Shown here piece by piece: positions 63,915 through 64,000 of a DNA stretch of 64,000 nucleotides. The stretch is taken from assembly GCF_036365525.1 (NCBI RefSeq), contig NC_090387.1, positions 76,755,300-76,819,299 on the forward strand, in the 5' to 3' direction. This stretch comes from Heterodontus francisci (lineage: Eukaryota). Under the pieces are notes generated by a model that searched no databases, had not been told where the DNA came from, and saw nothing but the letters and a program-made list of their open reading frames with translations. Position 1 is the stretch's first letter. The number at the start of each line of letters is the position of its first letter. A program made the position numbers and the translations under genes.

Positions 63915-64000
63915 GTGCTGGGATGTGGTAGGGATTATGGGATTAATGTAGGATTAGTATAAGTGGGAGGTTGATGGTTGGCACAGACTCGGTGGTCCGA
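63915..64000 (+). mobile_element. V-SINE/CR1-type tail fragment running off the window
   Basis: gggatta.tgtaggattagtataa.tggg.ggttgatgg.tggcacagactcggtgg. Confidence 0.75.

Overview
Vertebrate genomic DNA, almost certainly from a cartilaginous fish (HE1-type V-SINEs, abundant CR1 LINEs). Most of the window is transposable elements: CR1, L2, RTE and Penelope-derived pieces, a decayed PIF/Harbinger transposon and a Gypsy fragment with one LTR. Embedded in it are two intact, tandem, + strand paralogous five-exon genes (16502-22473 and 53308-58442), reconstructed by hand from splice sites. Each encodes a type I membrane immunoglobulin-superfamily receptor: leader, one V domain whose J-like G strand is already joined in the germline, one C1-set domain, a TM segment with an Arg at its N-terminal edge, and a short tail with no ITIM/ITAM. 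This is the layout of a TCR/Ig light chain without rearrangement. I infer a diversified family of non-rearranging, probably activating VJ-C1 receptors. The locus also shows a tandem duplication that created an orphan J-like cassette, a stray copy of intron 3, a divergence step between the paralogs, frame-compensating indels in the tail exon, and hammerhead-like motifs in Penelope-derived inserts. Repeat boundaries are approximate (read by eye). Exon boundaries are base-exact predictions without transcript support.
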